Shown piece after piece: positions 12,115 to 23,418 of a stretch of DNA of 64,000 nt; the stretch's first letter is position 1; the number at the start of each line of letters is the position of its first letter. The DNA is from a virus. Taxonomy: Duplodnaviria > Heunggongvirae > Uroviricota > Caudoviricetes. A model generated the notes under the pieces. The model saw nothing but the letters and a program-made list of their open reading frames with translations, made no database searches and was not told the DNA's origin. Made by a program: the position numbers and the translations under genes. Where the stretch lies: the IMG/VR virus record IMGVR_UViG_2648501802_000002. One strand, given 5' to 3'.

Positions 12115-12638
12115 CGGTCAATGGGGCCATCGACTGGCTTAACCGCGCTTCTTATTTTTTCACCCTTGATCCATCCCCAGACAATATGCGGCGCGTTGGT
12201 CGTGGCCGCCGTCGCCGTGGTGTTTGTTATTGCATGGCACTACCCGATGTTAAAGAACGTGAAGTCAGAGATGGCGTTCTGTGCTTCCGTCGTGTGGCTG
12301 AACGCGGCATGGAGCCAAAAAATACGAATTCTCCCGAGTGGTGGGCGTGGCGCTGGTCCGCACATTTCGGCCTTTGCGAAGATGAGAATGAAATTGCCAG
12401 CGGCAATAGTGCATATGGTGCTCTGAACCTGGCTTTCCATATCGGATTCAAACATGTAGCTCTGGTGGGCGTTGACGCTACGCAAGAACCACGCGTTCAC
12501 TCCGGCGGCACGCCAAAAAATCTAAGTCACCTGCCTTTGTTATTCCAGTCTGCGCGTGAACAGATTGACGTTGTTTCATGCGGGAAAATGGGAGGTATTC
12601 CGCAGATGACTCTTAAAGAATGGCTGAAGAATACATGA
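12012..12638 (+). CDS. MptE-like (DUF115) protein, paralogue 2
   Basis: [11 protein letters not shown]...IIAVNGA motif, paralogous to the upstream gene. Confidence 0.4.
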
Positions 12639-13312
12639 TGGCACCCACAATTTATCACCGTATCGACGGTACCAAATACAGGAATGTCTGGGTTGTTGGT
12701 GATCTGCATGGTTGCTACACCAGACTGATGTCCGAACTCCATCGTGTGGATTTTGACCCGGCGCAGGATTTACTGATATCGGTCGGCGACCTTATCGATC
12801 GCGGTACTGAAAATGTCGAATGTCTGGAACTATTGCAGATGCCCTGGTTCAGGGCAGTGATGGGGAACCATGAGCGGTTGATGCTCGATGCGTTAAGTCC
12901 TGATGGCAACGTGAATAACTGGCTAATGAATGGCGGACAATGGTTCTTCATGCTGGACACTGATCAGGAAATATTAGCCTGGGCGCTGGTGGAGCTGGTA
13001 AAGCGTCTGCCCTATATCATTGAGTTGAACACCGGGCAAGAAACTATCGTTATAGCCCATGCCGACTATCCGGATAATGAATACCAATTCGGTAAGGAGG
13101 TGCCGCTTTTCAACGTTGTCTGGGCGCGCGAGCGTATCAGTGATTCGATGGATGATATTGGTGGCGAAATTTCGGGCGCAGATCGTTTTATCTTTGGTCA
13201 CACTCCGGTGAAAAACCCGAAGACATTCTGGAATCAGCAGTATATCGACACTGGTGCCGTATTTTGCGGAAACCTGACATTGATGAAAGTGAAAGGTGAT
13301 GGTGCAGCATGA
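12620..13312 (+). CDS. Ser/Thr protein phosphatase (lambda-phosphatase family)
   Basis: GDLHG, GDLIDRG and GNHE metallophosphatase motifs; corresponds to the P1 ppp position. Confidence 0.65.
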   Translation: MAEEYMMAPTIYHRIDGTKYRNVWVVGDLHGCYTRLMSELHRVDFDPAQDLLISVGDLIDRGTENVECLELLQMPWFRAVMGNHERLMLDALSPDGNVNNWLMNGGQWFFMLDTDQEILAWALVELVKRLPYIIELNTGQETIVIAHADYPDNEYQFGKEVPLFNVVWARERISDSMDDIGGEISGADRFIFGHTPVKNPKTFWNQQYIDTGAVFCGNLTLMKVKGDGAA

Positions 13313-14011
13313 AGATTGCTTTAGTTTTTCGCTCTGGTGGTGACTATAACGCTTCCGATGTGCAGTGGCTGGTTAATCAACTGCCAAAAGGCTATGAAAT
13401 TATTTGCCTGACAGACCTGAAGCGTTTACATGTACCTGGCGTCAAAGTTGTCCCATTGATCAACCAGTGGCAAAAGTGCCGTGGCTGGTGGGCGAAAATA
13501 GAGTTGTTCCGACCGGATATAACCGATGATCTGTTCTATCTGGATTTGGACACGGTTATTGCCGGTGATATACGCCCAATCCTAGAGCATCCACCAACCA
13601 GCTTCACCATGCTTAGGGATTTTTACCATCCACAATATCGTGGCAGCGGTGCCCTGTGGATACCAAATAGTGTTAAAGCGCATATCTGGAGTTCATTCTG
13701 GCAAGATCCGGAAGGTTGGATTTCTCGTTGTGTCACTACTGAGTGCTGGGGGTGACCAGGGGTTCTTACGAAAGGTTATGGGCGATGATACACCAGCATT
13801 TCAGGATCTGTATCCAGGATGGTTTGTAAGTTACAAGGCCGATGTTGTGGAACCTGGTTCAAAATATGCGAGCGCGCGTTACTCCAGGGGGAATGGGGCA
13901 TTACCAAAGGACTGCCGAATAATCTTTTTCCACGGCAAACCGCGACCTCGCGAAGTGTCAGAGGATTGGCTTCCCCTTATCAGCTCGTTTTTTGAGCGAG
14001 AATCAGAATAA
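13309..14011 (+). pseudogene. glycosyltransferase-like gene split by a +1 frameshift at a G5 tract
   Basis: ORFs 13309..13755 and 13640..14011 overlap in different frames; G-run 13748-13752; removing one G by hand joins ...ECWG to DQGFLRKVMGDD; LDLDTVIAGD is DxD-like. Confidence 0.5.
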
Positions 14012-14032
14012 TATTGCTCTAATAATTCCATA

Positions 14033-14098
14033 TTTTTAAAACGTGATGTACACTCATCAAGTTTTTTATTAGAGCAATCTACAGGGTGCACTATGTGG
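14033..14098. promoter_or_regulatory. pair of C1-operator-like sites in inverted orientation
   Basis: 14033-14049 ATTGCTCTAATAATTCC and 14082-14098 TTTTTTATTAGAGCAAT, each with a perfect 13/14-nt core. Confidence 0.55.
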
Positions 14099-14311
14099 CC
14101 ATTCCGACGGAAATATCACTACTGGCTGATCGCCTTTGTTACGCCGACCGGCAGTATCAGGCATGTCATCACCAGGTATCGCAACAAGAGACTCACCTTA
14201 GCCAGAATTTTACAGGCTGCCATAGGTGAGGGATTGGATACAAATTGCGTAGTCCTTCCTCCTTCATACTTAGGAAAAATGACCGAAGCACAAGCTAATA
14301 CGGAACTTTGA
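14093..14311 (+). CDS. hypothetical small protein
   Basis: 72-aa ORF just after the operator pair; start uncertain. Confidence 0.25.
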   Translation: MWPFRRKYHYWLIAFVTPTGSIRHVITRYRNKRLTLARILQAAIGEGLDTNCVVLPPSYLGKMTEAQANTEL

Positions 14312-14312
14312 A

Positions 14313-15665
14313 ATGAGCACTTCAGCACAAAACCAATCAATCGAAAATGTATCTATCCCTGATGTCCTGAATGCCGGTATCCCGGCCATTATCCAGAACA
14401 TCCGGGCCGCGCAACGCCGCGTTAGTTGTGATGACCTCACAGCACGTTTTTTTGATAATGCGGTTCAGTCAGCGGAGATGCTTCACGCACAGCTTATTGA
14501 TGTTTATAACGCAGAAGCTGATAGCCATAACTCCCTGGTAGATGCAGCTGAAAATATGCAGTTGGATCTCGGTCTGAAGGGTAAAGAAATTGAAGAGCTT
14601 CAGCTGCAAATTGAACATTTGAAACGCCAGCAACAGGACGCGATCGACGATGCGACGCATGACGCCAACCAGCGTGCTGATAATGCCGAACGTATAAGCA
14701 TTGAGCTGGAAACAAAACTCAATGAAATGACCGCGATGGTTGAACTGCGGAACTCACAGATTTCAACGCTAAAATCTCAATATAAAGAGATCATGAAACT
14801 TGATCCTTTTAACCTTGAGAAACGCTATAACAAAGCTAAAAGCGAGCGACAAGAACTGCGTAAGCAGGTCGCCGACCTTAACCAACAGCTCAAAAAAACT
14901 ATTAAAGATGCAAGCGAAGCGCGCGTGGCATTTGCTAATAAAAAAGCAGAGGTTACCGCGCTGGTTAATGAGAATGCCAAATTTGCGACGCTCAAGAAGG
15001 AAATGTATGGCATTACTGAGCGCCGTTTCCCTGCAAGCAAACTTCATCCGACGTTAGGGCAAATCTCCTTCTTCCCGCGCCTCCTGGCTTATGGGATCTC
15101 ATCGCCTAAAGAGTTCAATAACGAGCGTCCTTATATCGTTTCTAAGCTGGACTTTGCTTATCAGTTCTGCTGCGACATGGGCTATGCCATTGATATCCGA
15201 ATCAACGAATGGTTGATGCCAAACTTCCAGCCGTTGGCAATTTTCCGCGAGTTCCAGCCGGAAGGTTGGGTAGAGTTCTTCCATGAATTGATCTGTAAAG
15301 AGATGGAAAGCCGCCGCCCGGAATTGGTCCGTCGAGTTGAGTGGGCGCAAGAGGTTATGTTGGCAGATGCAGAGCTGCCGTTCGAACCGGAATTCATTGA
15401 TGATCTGGCAACTAAAGGGTTGCATACCCTGTTTGATGTGGTTACCCGCCGTCATGAGCAGTTGGTTGTCGAATTGGGTTTAGAGGAAACAGCGGCAAGA
15501 AGACTTCTCGATGTTTGCTATGCACGTAGCGATGCATGGGAAAAAGAGAACGGCGGCACTATTTTACGTTCGCTGATAGTTACAGTGTCACTTTTAATGC
15601 TGGTGGAGTGCGCCCACCAGCATTTTTTTCGTCCAATGAGGAGGGCATTTGAGTATTTTCAATAA
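14313..15665 (+). CDS. coiled-coil hypothetical protein
   Basis: 450-aa ORF with a long Q/E/K-rich heptad-like stretch. Confidence 0.35.
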   Translation: MSTSAQNQSIENVSIPDVLNAGIPAIIQNIRAAQRRVSCDDLTARFFDNAVQSAEMLHAQLIDVYNAEADSHNSLVDAAENMQLDLGLKGKEIEELQLQIEHLKRQQQDAIDDATHDANQRADNAERISIELETKLNEMTAMVELRNSQISTLKSQYKEIMKLDPFNLEKRYNKAKSERQELRKQVADLNQQLKKTIKDASEARVAFANKKAEVTALVNENAKFATLKKEMYGITERRFPASKLHPTLGQISFFPRLLAYGISSPKEFNNERPYIVSKLDFAYQFCCDMGYAIDIRINEWLMPNFQPLAIFREFQPEGWVEFFHELICKEMESRRPELVRRVEWAQEVMLADAELPFEPEFIDDLATKGLHTLFDVVTRRHEQLVVELGLEETAARRLLDVCYARSDAWEKENGGTILRSLIVTVSLLMLVECAHQHFFRPMRRAFEYFQ

Positions 15666-16155
15666 ACACGCACACCAGGAACGTCCGTATATCGTCATAG
15701 TCGATATTGATGGAACAATATCAGAGGCAACTGAAGACAGACTGCATTTGCTTCCGCCACCAGGTAAAGGTGCATTAACAAAGGACTGGAACGAGTTTAA
15801 TCTCGCCTGTGACACTGATACTCCCATAACTCCAGTTATTGATATTGTGCGCCAGTTATTTAACGTTTACACGGTCTGGTTTGTAACCGGGCGCTGTGAG
15901 ATCGCAAGGGATAAAACACGAGCCTGGCTGCGGAAGTACGTAACAAACGGGGCTGAGCCTTTGCTATCTATGCGTCCTGCCACCGATGACAGAAGTGACG
16001 GCCCAGCAAAGATTGATCTCCTTAAGAAAATTGGTCTAAGTAAAATCGCGTTCGCGCTGGAAGATAAGATTGAAGTGGCGCGTGTTTTCAGGAGGCACGG
16101 CGTGCTTACGTTAATGGTCAGGGAGTATGAAAATGCGCTTCTTCATCAGCAATAA
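15649..16155 (+). CDS. HAD-like phosphatase (Pap position)
   Basis: 168-aa ORF with N-terminal IVIVDIDGTI (HAD motif I). Confidence 0.45.
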   Translation: MSIFNKHAHQERPYIVIVDIDGTISEATEDRLHLLPPPGKGALTKDWNEFNLACDTDTPITPVIDIVRQLFNVYTVWFVTGRCEIARDKTRAWLRKYVTNGAEPLLSMRPATDDRSDGPAKIDLLKKIGLSKIAFALEDKIEVARVFRRHGVLTLMVREYENALLHQQ

Positions 16156-16171
16156 TTACTCTAATAAATCT
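16155..16171 (+). promoter_or_regulatory. C1-operator-like site (15/17) overlapping a candidate -35
   Basis: ATTACTCTAATAAATCT followed by TTGATT. Confidence 0.45.
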
Positions 16172-16253
16172 TGATTTTTAAAACAGAGAAAGTGAAAATA
16201 AAAACTTGCCGCAAGGCGCGGCATGTATCCAATCAATCACAGGAGCTGAAAAT

Positions 16254-16340
16254 ATGAACACGGCATTCAAAATCATTATGGCCGCGATCTATTTCTGGCT
16301 GTTCTCTATCACTTTTGGCGGCATCGTCGCGCATGGGTAA
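16254..16340 (+). CDS. 28-aa hydrophobic peptide
   Basis: Hand translation MNTAFKIIMAAIYFWLFSITFGGIVAHG; AGGAG RBS 8 nt upstream of ATG. Confidence 0.4.
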   Translation: MNTAFKIIMAAIYFWLFSITFGGIVAHG

Positions 16341-16375
16341 GGGGAGTATATTAGCCATTTGGAACCCCACGGTCT

Positions 16376-16403
16376 CTTGCGGGTTTAATTAAGAACCCGC
16401 AAG
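16376..16403. repeat. perfect 10-bp hairpin between the small peptide ORF and the hsdR 3' end
   Basis: CTTGCGGGTT-TAATTAAG-AACCCGCAAG; A-run follows on the + strand, so not a canonical terminator. Confidence 0.5.
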
Positions 16404-16419
16404 AAAAACACGAATTGGG

Positions 16420-19400
16420 CTATATTTTTCCGCCTACGCCTTTAAACTTCTCAATAAACGAGACGATTTTCTGGAAAACTGCCTGTTTTTTCGTTTTATA
16501 TTGCGGATTTAACGGACTAAGTTTTGGTAATGTTTCGTTTAATTCTGTGCCATTTTCGGTGGCGTATTCGCGTTTTAAAGACGTGCGAATATAGCGTTTT
16601 GCTGCATCTTCATTGAGATTTTCTTCTTTTATCAATGCTTCTGCTTCACGTTGCTGTTCGCGTTGAGCAAACGTAAAGAATGCGTCAATGATGCTGGCTT
16701 TGTCCGGTAAATCATCCAGGTTCGTTTGCTGAATAAAATCGACCACCAGGCCCTCTTTAGCACGGTTCCCTAGGCTTGAACGAATTAAGCGTTTGACCTC
16801 TTCGATCATTTCGCCCTTGCCTTTATTTTGTCTGTTGTGTTCGAAAATAAGTCCAAGGATATAATCCAGGTTTATTTCCTGAGACTTCAGCAAATCGACC
16901 TCAAAAACTACGTCATCCCAGTCAGTGGTTGATTTCTCTTTTTTCTCAGCTTCTTTCTCACGGCGCTGCCAGTCGCGAATATCGTTATAGGCAGAACGAT
17001 AATCCTGAATCTTGCGATCAGCAGGGAGACGAATTGTTTGCAATTCAGCGAACTTTTCATCATCCACATAATGTTCTGCTTTGAATTTTTCTACCGCAAC
17101 AGGATCGCTAAGATCGATTTGTTGCAGGGCTTTTAGCGTGGCAAATTCATCATAGTTTTGCAGGATGTTCTCGGCACGCAGGTATTCGCCAAACAGTTTA
17201 ACGAAGTCTTTCTTCTCTTTTTCACTTTCAATACTGGTAGGGTCAGGGAACCGTTGTTCCAGTTCTGAAACTACTGTCATGAAGCCGCGTTTAGCTTCAC
17301 CTGTAGCAGCATCAGTAAAGCCTTCCATATACTCTGTATAACTCTTTTCTAACACCACATTTTTGGTGTTTTTGTCACCAAACAGCGTTATGGCATCAAT
17401 AGTTGAGCGTTCCAGATCCCGGAAAGTGACGATATTACCGAAGGTTTTAGTTGCATCATAAATACGGTTGGTGCGGGAAAATGCCTGCATCAGGCCGTGA
17501 AAACGCAAGTTTTTATCGACGAATAGCGTGTTCAATGTTGGAGCATCGAAGCCGGTTAAAAACATCCCCACGACAATTAGCAGATCGATATCCTGATTTT
17601 TAACCCGCTGGGCTAAATCACGATAGTAGTTCTGAAAACCGTTACTGTCGGTGCTAAAGTTAGTTTTAAAATGGCTGTTATATTCACGAATTGCAGCGTC
17701 CAGAAACTCTTTAGCACTGCTGTCCATTGCGCTGGTATCAAAAGTTTCATCGGAAATTTCACCAATGGCATTTTGTTCTTCATTGGCGGCAAAGGAGAAG
17801 ATTGTCGCAATACGCAGCGGTTTATAGGTAGCCGATTTATTAGCGGCTTCTTCTTGTAACCGTTTAAACGTCGCATAATAGGCTTTCGCGGCATCCACGC
17901 TGCTCACTGCCAACATAGCATTAAAACCTTTTGAGCCAGGGAAGGTACGGTGAGTTTTCTGGCGGAAATTATTCAGAATATATTGCGTGATTTCCTGAAT
18001 ACGCATAGGATGAAGAAACGCCTGCTGATTTTCAGCCGCACTTAGTTTTTTCTCGTCAGTTTCTGTCTCTAAAGACTTAAACTGTGGCCGCACATCGTTG
18101 TAGTCCACCTTGAATTTGAGCACTTTTTCGTCACGAATCGCATCGGTAATTACATACGAATGCAATTCACGACCAAATACGCTGGCGGTTGTTTCTGAGC
18201 CTAAGGCGTTTTCCGGGAAAATAGGGGTGCCGGTAAAACCAAACTGATAATAGCGTTTGAATTTCTTCTTCAGGTTTTTCTGCGCTTCTCCAAACTGGCT
18301 GCGGTGGCATTCATCAAATATGAACACTACTTGCTGATTATATACAGGCAGGTCGCTTTCTGCTTTCATCAGGTTATTGAGTTTCTGAATAGTAGTGACG
18401 ATAATTTTGTTATCGTCCTTATCCAGATTTCGTTTAAGGCCTGCGGTATTTTCCGAGCCGTTGACGCTGTCTGGCGAAAAACGCTGATATTCCTTCATGG
18501 TCTGGTAATCGAGGTCTTTTCTGTCGACCACAAAGAAGACTTTATCAATAAAGTCCAGCTCTGTTGCCAGACGCGCGGCTTTAAAGCTGGTAAGGGTTTT
18601 ACCAGAACCGGTAGTGTGCCAGATAAAGCCACCGCTTTCGGGGTTAGACCAGTTTTTCGCTTTATAGGAGCTGTTGATTTTCCATAAGATTCGTTCGGTG
18701 GCGGCAATCTGGTACGGTCGCATCACCAGTAGCGTCTGACTACTGTCAAAAACGCTGTAGTTCACCAGAACATTCAGCAGAGTATGTTTCTGGAAAAAGG
18801 TAGCGGTAAAGTCTTTGAGGTCTTTAATCAGCGTGTTGTCTGATTTCGCCCAGTTCATGGTGAAGTCAAAACTGTTTTTATCGCGCTTTGTCGTGTTGGC
18901 AAAATAACGGGTATCGGTGCCGTTAGAAATGACAAACAGTTGCAGATACTTAAACAGGGAATTTTCGCTGTTAAAACTCTCTTTACTGTAACGATGTATC
19001 TGGTTGAAAGCCTCACGAATCGCCACCCCGCGTTTTTTTAGTTCGATTTGCACCAGCGGTAAACCATTAACCAGGATCGTGACGTCATAACGGTTAGCAT
19101 GAGAACCCGTCTGTTCAAACTGCTGGATAATCTGCACCTTATTGCGCATGAGATTCTTTTTATCTATCAAATAGATGTTCTCAAGACGCTCGTCATCAAA
19201 AATAAAGTCGCAAATATAGTCGATATGGATTTTACGGGTCTTATCCAGAATGCCATCACTCGGGTTGTCCAGATACTGCTCCGTGAAACGCCGCCATTCG
19301 CTGTCATTAAACACCACACCATTGAGGTTCTGAAGCTGTTCCCGAACGTTGGCCAGCATCGCCGACTGTGATTTTACGGGTATAAATTCATAGCCCTGAT

Positions 19401-19536
19401 TTCGCAGGTCCTGAATCAGTTCCCGTTCCAGGTCCGATTCACTCTGATAGCTGTCGCCTGTTTGCTCAGCTTTGATGTACTTATCAAGAACGATAAAGTT
19501 ATTGGATTCAGCAATGGTGTGTGTCTGATGAGTCAT
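16420..19536 (-). CDS. hsdR: Type I restriction enzyme R subunit
   Basis: 1038-aa ORF with helicase motifs [12 protein letters not shown] and FDECHRSQ; downstream of hsdM-hsdS. Confidence 0.9.
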   Translation of the reverse strand: MTHQTHTIAESNNFIVLDKYIKAEQTGDSYQSESDLERELIQDLRNQGYEFIPVKSQSAMLANVREQLQNLNGVVFNDSEWRRFTEQYLDNPSDGILDKTRKIHIDYICDFIFDDERLENIYLIDKKNLMRNKVQIIQQFEQTGSHANRYDVTILVNGLPLVQIELKKRGVAIREAFNQIHRYSKESFNSENSLFKYLQLFVISNGTDTRYFANTTKRDKNSFDFTMNWAKSDNTLIKDLKDFTATFFQKHTLLNVLVNYSVFDSSQTLLVMRPYQIAATERILWKINSSYKAKNWSNPESGGFIWHTTGSGKTLTSFKAARLATELDFIDKVFFVVDRKDLDYQTMKEYQRFSPDSVNGSENTAGLKRNLDKDDNKIIVTTIQKLNNLMKAESDLPVYNQQVVFIFDECHRSQFGEAQKNLKKKFKRYYQFGFTGTPIFPENALGSETTASVFGRELHSYVITDAIRDEKVLKFKVDYNDVRPQFKSLETETDEKKLSAAENQQAFLHPMRIQEITQYILNNFRQKTHRTFPGSKGFNAMLAVSSVDAAKAYYATFKRLQEEAANKSATYKPLRIATIFSFAANEEQNAIGEISDETFDTSAMDSSAKEFLDAAIREYNSHFKTNFSTDSNGFQNYYRDLAQRVKNQDIDLLIVVGMFLTGFDAPTLNTLFVDKNLRFHGLMQAFSRTNRIYDATKTFGNIVTFRDLERSTIDAITLFGDKNTKNVVLEKSYTEYMEGFTDAATGEAKRGFMTVVSELEQRFPDPTSIESEKEKKDFVKLFGEYLRAENILQNYDEFATLKALQQIDLSDPVAVEKFKAEHYVDDEKFAELQTIRLPADRKIQDYRSAYNDIRDWQRREKEAEKKEKSTTDWDDVVFEVDLLKSQEINLDYILGLIFEHNRQNKGKGEMIEEVKRLIRSSLGNRAKEGLVVDFIQQTNLDDLPDKASIIDAFFTFAQREQQREAEALIKEENLNEDAAKRYIRTSLKREYATENGTELNETLPKLSPLNPQYKTKKQAVFQKIVSFIEKFKGVGGKI

Positions 19537-19658
19537 AGCGCATCCTTTGTGCCGTCTGGCAAGGGCCGGAAGGGGGTTAAGGGTGACTTCCAGCGTGTAA
19601 AAAAATAGCCTATATACTGACCGGGTGTTAAGGTGGCCCGGTCGGTAGCAATGGTCAA

Positions 19659-20870
19659 TTAATTACTGACAGTTTCAGGTTTCGGGAAACTGAACAGTAA
19701 ATCACGGTAGTACTCGTATTGTTTCTGGCGCAACTCGATTTCACGCGGGAGACCTTCGGTGATGGAGTTGGTCAGGGTGTCGAACTTATCGAGGATAAAG
19801 GCAATTTTTTGTTGCTCATCAATCGATGGTAAAGGAATAGATAAACCATCAATGTTATTTGCTTTAAGATAACCTTGCCCTGAATTGTTTTTTACTGACT
19901 TAAAGTAAAATTTCATTCTTGGTGAGTCGAAGAAATGCAGAAAATATCTAGGGTGAAGTAATTCCTCATTCAACCTGATTAGGTACATGTTTTGACCGTA
20001 AAAATCAGGATCGAGACATTTTACTCGAGCAATCTCACCAATAGTACCAATCATGCTTATAAGAAAGTCACCTTTCAAGATCGGTCTATTTTTGGAGATG
20101 CTCAAAAAATCGTCCCGGGAAATATGCTTAACTCTTTCAAAATCGATGTTCCCACCACTAATATTCTTTGAAGTGACATATGGAATTTCACCATTATCAT
20201 CAAACTTCGGAGTTGCGGGCATAATCCAAAATTTATCTACTAGCACCTCCTCCAAAGTCTTCCACTCAACCTCACCCTCTTTAAAACTCAACAACTGGTC
20301 GCGATAATAGTTGTACTGTTTTTTACGCATGTTAAGCTCAGCGGTAAGCTCAGCGGTAAGTGCAGTAAATTTATCCAGAATCCGAACGATTTCAGACTGG
20401 ATGGCAAGGGATTTTTCCGGATTATCCGGGCAGGGGATTGGGATTTTTTTTTGAGAATAATTACTAATCCATTGGCGTTTATGGTCTCCCTCTGCGAATT
20501 CACTTGGTAATGTATTGAGCCAATAGTAAACATATTTCAGTAAGGTTTTATTATTATCACATGATGTAACCATTTTCATGGCCGATGATTTTGCCTTAAA
20601 GTCAAAATCCACCCATTTATTAGCGGTGGTGAAATCATCAAAAATTATTACAGGTGCCTTTGATGCCTGGTAAATACCATGAGTCTCATTTGTGTATCCA
20701 AGAATAAATGTTTTTCCGGCAGTAAGAACCGGTATGGTATATGTGTCGTGATAATCTTTTGCTTTTACCAAATACTTTGTTGGCTGTTCATATTTGGTTA
20801 TTTCCCCCAATGGCAACCACTCAACTTCAACCCCATCCAGCAATTTTTCCAGATAACTCAACTCGCTCAT
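19659..20870 (-). CDS. hsdS: Type I restriction-modification S subunit, EcoR124-like central region
   Basis: 403-aa ORF; central ...[23 protein letters not shown]; 4-nt overlap with hsdM. Confidence 0.85.
   Translation of the reverse strand: MSELSYLEKLLDGVEVEWLPLGEITKYEQPTKYLVKAKDYHDTYTIPVLTAGKTFILGYTNETHGIYQASKAPVIIFDDFTTANKWVDFDFKAKSSAMKMVTSCDNNKTLLKYVYYWLNTLPSEFAEGDHKRQWISNYSQKKIPIPCPDNPEKSLAIQSEIVRILDKFTALTAELTAELNMRKKQYNYYRDQLLSFKEGEVEWKTLEEVLVDKFWIMPATPKFDDNGEIPYVTSKNISGGNIDFERVKHISRDDFLSISKNRPILKGDFLISMIGTIGEIARVKCLDPDFYGQNMYLIRLNEELLHPRYFLHFFDSPRMKFYFKSVKNNSGQGYLKANNIDGLSIPLPSIDEQQKIAFILDKFDTLTNSITEGLPREIELRQKQYEYYRDLLFSFPKPETVSN
20335..20358 (-). repeat. 12-bp tandem repeat (2 copies) encoding TAEL-TAEL in hsdS
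   Basis: AGCTCAGCGGTA twice on the + strand, then a degenerate third unit. Confidence 0.85.
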
Positions 20871-22429
20871 TTCTGCACCTCGCAGCCTTCAATTTCAGCC
20901 ACAATCGCATCAATATCTTTACGCAACTGGTCGATTTTGCTGACCGTGGTTTTCAGCTCAGCATTTAGCTCAGCAATATCGATAGTTTCGCGGTTATCTT
21001 TCACTTCTACATAGCTGCTCACTGACAGGTTATAGTCATTCGCGACAACGGCCTCAAACGCGACAGATTTTGCCAGATGGGCAACATCTTCCTTGCTGGA
21101 AAATACCTGCATAATTTTTTCGATATGGGCATCGGTCAGGATGTTGTTGTTAGTCTCTTTTTTGAACAGTTCGCTGGCGTCAATAAACTGAACTTTGGTA
21201 TCCGTTTTATGTTTAGACAGCACCAGAATATTTACGGCAATGGTGGTGCCAAAGAACAGGTTCGGTGCCAGTGAAATCACGGTTTCGACATAGTTATTGT
21301 CAACCAGATACTGACGGATTTTCTGCTCCGCTCCGCCACGGTAAAAAATGCCCGGGAAGCAGACAATCGCAGCACGACCTTTGGCAGAAAGATAGTTCAG
21401 CGCATGTAATACAAACGCAAAGTCAGCTTTGGATTTGGGGGCCAGAACGCCAGCCGGGGCAAAACGTTCATCGTTAATCAGCGTCGGGTCATCGCTGCCA
21501 ATCCATTTCACCGAATACGGCGGGTTAGAAACGATGGCATCAAACGGTTTTTCATCTCTGAAGTGCGGCTCAGTCAGTGTATTACCCAGCTTGATATCAA
21601 ACTTGTCGTAGTTGATGTTGTGCAAAAACATGTTCATACGCGCCAGGTTATAGGTCGTATGGTTGATCTCCTGACCAAAAAAGCCTTCTTCGATGATATG
21701 GTCATCAAACTGTTTTTTAGCCTGCAACAACAGCGAACCGGAACCTGCTGCCGGGTCGTAGATTTTGTTAACGTGGGTCTGGCCGTGCATTGCCAGTTGT
21801 GCAATCAGCTTAGAGACGTGCTGCGGTGTAAAGAACTCGCCGCCGGACTTACCGGCATTCGCCGCATAGTTAGAAATCAGGAACTCATAGGCATCACCGA
21901 ACAGGTCAATCTGATGTTCGTTGAAGTCACCAAGGTTTAACCCTTCAACCCCTTTCAGAACCGCAGCCAGGCGGGCATTTTTATCCTTAACGGTGTTACC
22001 CAGGCGGTTACTGGTGGTATCGAAATCAGCAAACAAACCTTTGATGTCAGCTTCTGAAGGATAACCGTAAGCAGAACTTTCGATAGCAACGAAGATGCTG
22101 TTTAAATCTGCATTCAGTCTGTCATTGGTATTTGCTTTCGCCGCTACGTTGCAGAAAAGCTGACTTGGGTAGATGAAGTAGCCTTTGGTTTTGATGGCAT
22201 CGTCTTTAATGTCATCAGTAATTACGCTGTCATCCAGTTTCGCATAACAGATACTGCCATCACCGGCTTCAATATAGCTGGAAAAATTTTCGCTGATAAA
22301 ACGGTAGAAAAGTGCGCCCAGAACGTATTGCTTAAAATCCCATCCATCGACCGAACCCCTGACATCGTTAGCAATTTGCCAGATTTGACGATGAAGCTCT
22401 GCACGTTGTTGAATACTTGTCATTTTCAT
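20867..22429 (-). CDS. hsdM: Type I restriction-modification M subunit (N6-adenine methyltransferase)
   Basis: 520-aa ORF with NPPY motif in [14 protein letters not shown]. Confidence 0.9.
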   Translation of the reverse strand: MKMTSIQQRAELHRQIWQIANDVRGSVDGWDFKQYVLGALFYRFISENFSSYIEAGDGSICYAKLDDSVITDDIKDDAIKTKGYFIYPSQLFCNVAAKANTNDRLNADLNSIFVAIESSAYGYPSEADIKGLFADFDTTSNRLGNTVKDKNARLAAVLKGVEGLNLGDFNEHQIDLFGDAYEFLISNYAANAGKSGGEFFTPQHVSKLIAQLAMHGQTHVNKIYDPAAGSGSLLLQAKKQFDDHIIEEGFFGQEINHTTYNLARMNMFLHNINYDKFDIKLGNTLTEPHFRDEKPFDAIVSNPPYSVKWIGSDDPTLINDERFAPAGVLAPKSKADFAFVLHALNYLSAKGRAAIVCFPGIFYRGGAEQKIRQYLVDNNYVETVISLAPNLFFGTTIAVNILVLSKHKTDTKVQFIDASELFKKETNNNILTDAHIEKIMQVFSSKEDVAHLAKSVAFEAVVANDYNLSVSSYVEVKDNRETIDIAELNAELKTTVSKIDQLRKDIDAIVAEIEGCEVQK

Positions 22430-22574
22430 CCACTTATTTCAGGCTTATGTAATTGGATGTGATTCTACAACAACTTGGTGGCTTTAACAGTTCGGACATT
22501 AGGCTATGAATGACCTGCCTAGAGTTTTGTTAAGCCGCAAAGTGCTGGCGCTTTATGCCTGTGAAGTTTATAAT

Positions 22575-22597
22575 TGTGTACACATAACGAGTACACG
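22575..22597 (+). promoter_or_regulatory. phd-doc promoter/operator palindromes
   Basis: TGTGTACACA perfect palindrome at 22575-22584 and GAGTACACG half-site just upstream of phd. Confidence 0.55.
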
Positions 22598-22605
22598 AGG
22601 TGTTT

Positions 22606-22827
22606 ATGCAATCCATTAACTTCCGTACCGCGCGCGGCAACCTTTCTGAAGTGCTCAACAATGTTGAGGCCGGGGAAGAGGTTGAAATCACCCGCAGAGG
22701 CCGTGAGCCAGCAGTAATTGTCAGCAAGGCTACTTTCGAAGCCTACAAAAAAGCGGCGCTGGATGCTGAATTTGCATCCCTGTTTGACACCCTGGACTCC
22801 ACCAACAAGGAACTGGTTAACCGATAA
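22606..22827 (+). CDS. phd: antitoxin Phd
   Basis: 73-aa product [20 protein letters not shown]... recognised as P1 Phd; the track ORF starts at an upstream GTG (22600). Confidence 0.9.
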
Positions 22828-23207
22828 TGAGGCATATATCACCGGAAGAACTTATTGCGCTTCATGATGCGAATATAAGCCGCTACGGCGGCCTGCCTGG
22901 CATGTCAGATCCGGGCAGGGCAGAGGCCATTATCGGGAGAGTTCAGGCCAGAGTTGCCTACGAAGAGATCACCGACCTTTTCGAAGTCTCCGCCACCTAC
23001 CTGGTGGCTACAGCGAGAGGGCATATATTCAATGATGCCAATAAGCGTACCGCGCTAAACAGTGCGCTGCTATTTCTACGCCGTAACGGGGTGCAGGTAT
23101 TTGATTCACCTGAACTGGCAGACCTTACCGTAGGCGCTGCGACTGGCGAGATATCTGTATCTTCTGTCGCCGACTCGTTACGTAGATTGTATGGTTCTGC
23201 GGAGTAG
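22827..23207 (+). CDS. doc: toxin Doc (Fic-fold kinase)
   Basis: 126-aa product [22 protein letters not shown]... recognised as P1 Doc; ATGA overlap with phd. Confidence 0.9.
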
Positions 23208-23211
23208 ATTA

Positions 23212-23391
23212 ATGGCACGCAAATACGACAAATTGTCCCGTGAAGCGTTAAAGATGCTTCTTGATGGCGTGAGTCGCCGCAAGGTAAAGCAATACCTGGT
23301 TGGTAAGCAAATTGGAGTCAGGACCGCTATTGCTGTGTTATGCCGTCAGGAAATGGTTGTGCTTAAACAGAGAATGCCGGGCAGCAGATAA
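23212..23391 (+). CDS. small protein downstream of doc (PdcA position)
   Basis: Internal ATG 5 nt after the doc stop; MARKYDKLSREALKMLLDG... Confidence 0.35.
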   Translation: MARKYDKLSREALKMLLDGVSRRKVKQYLVGKQIGVRTAIAVLCRQEMVVLKQRMPGSR

Positions 23392-23418
23392 AGCCCAATC
23401 AGTGATTAAAGGTGTGAT

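Noticed and set aside
16376-16403. The 10-bp hairpin as an intrinsic terminator for hsdR or for the small peptide gene
   Set aside because: The U-tract lies 5' of the hairpin on the hsdR strand and an A-tract follows it on the + strand, so neither orientation is canonical; kept only as an inverted repeat.
17613-18707. Track ORFs antisense to or out of frame within hsdR (17613..17894, 17671..17859, 18304..18687, 18495..18707)
   Set aside because: Fully embedded in the long, motif-bearing hsdR frame, with no RBS or motif support.
20335-20358. Tandem direct repeats as a possible CRISPR array
   Set aside because: Only two 12-bp units, in frame inside hsdS and coding TAEL; no spacers and no repeat-spacer periodicity anywhere in the window.
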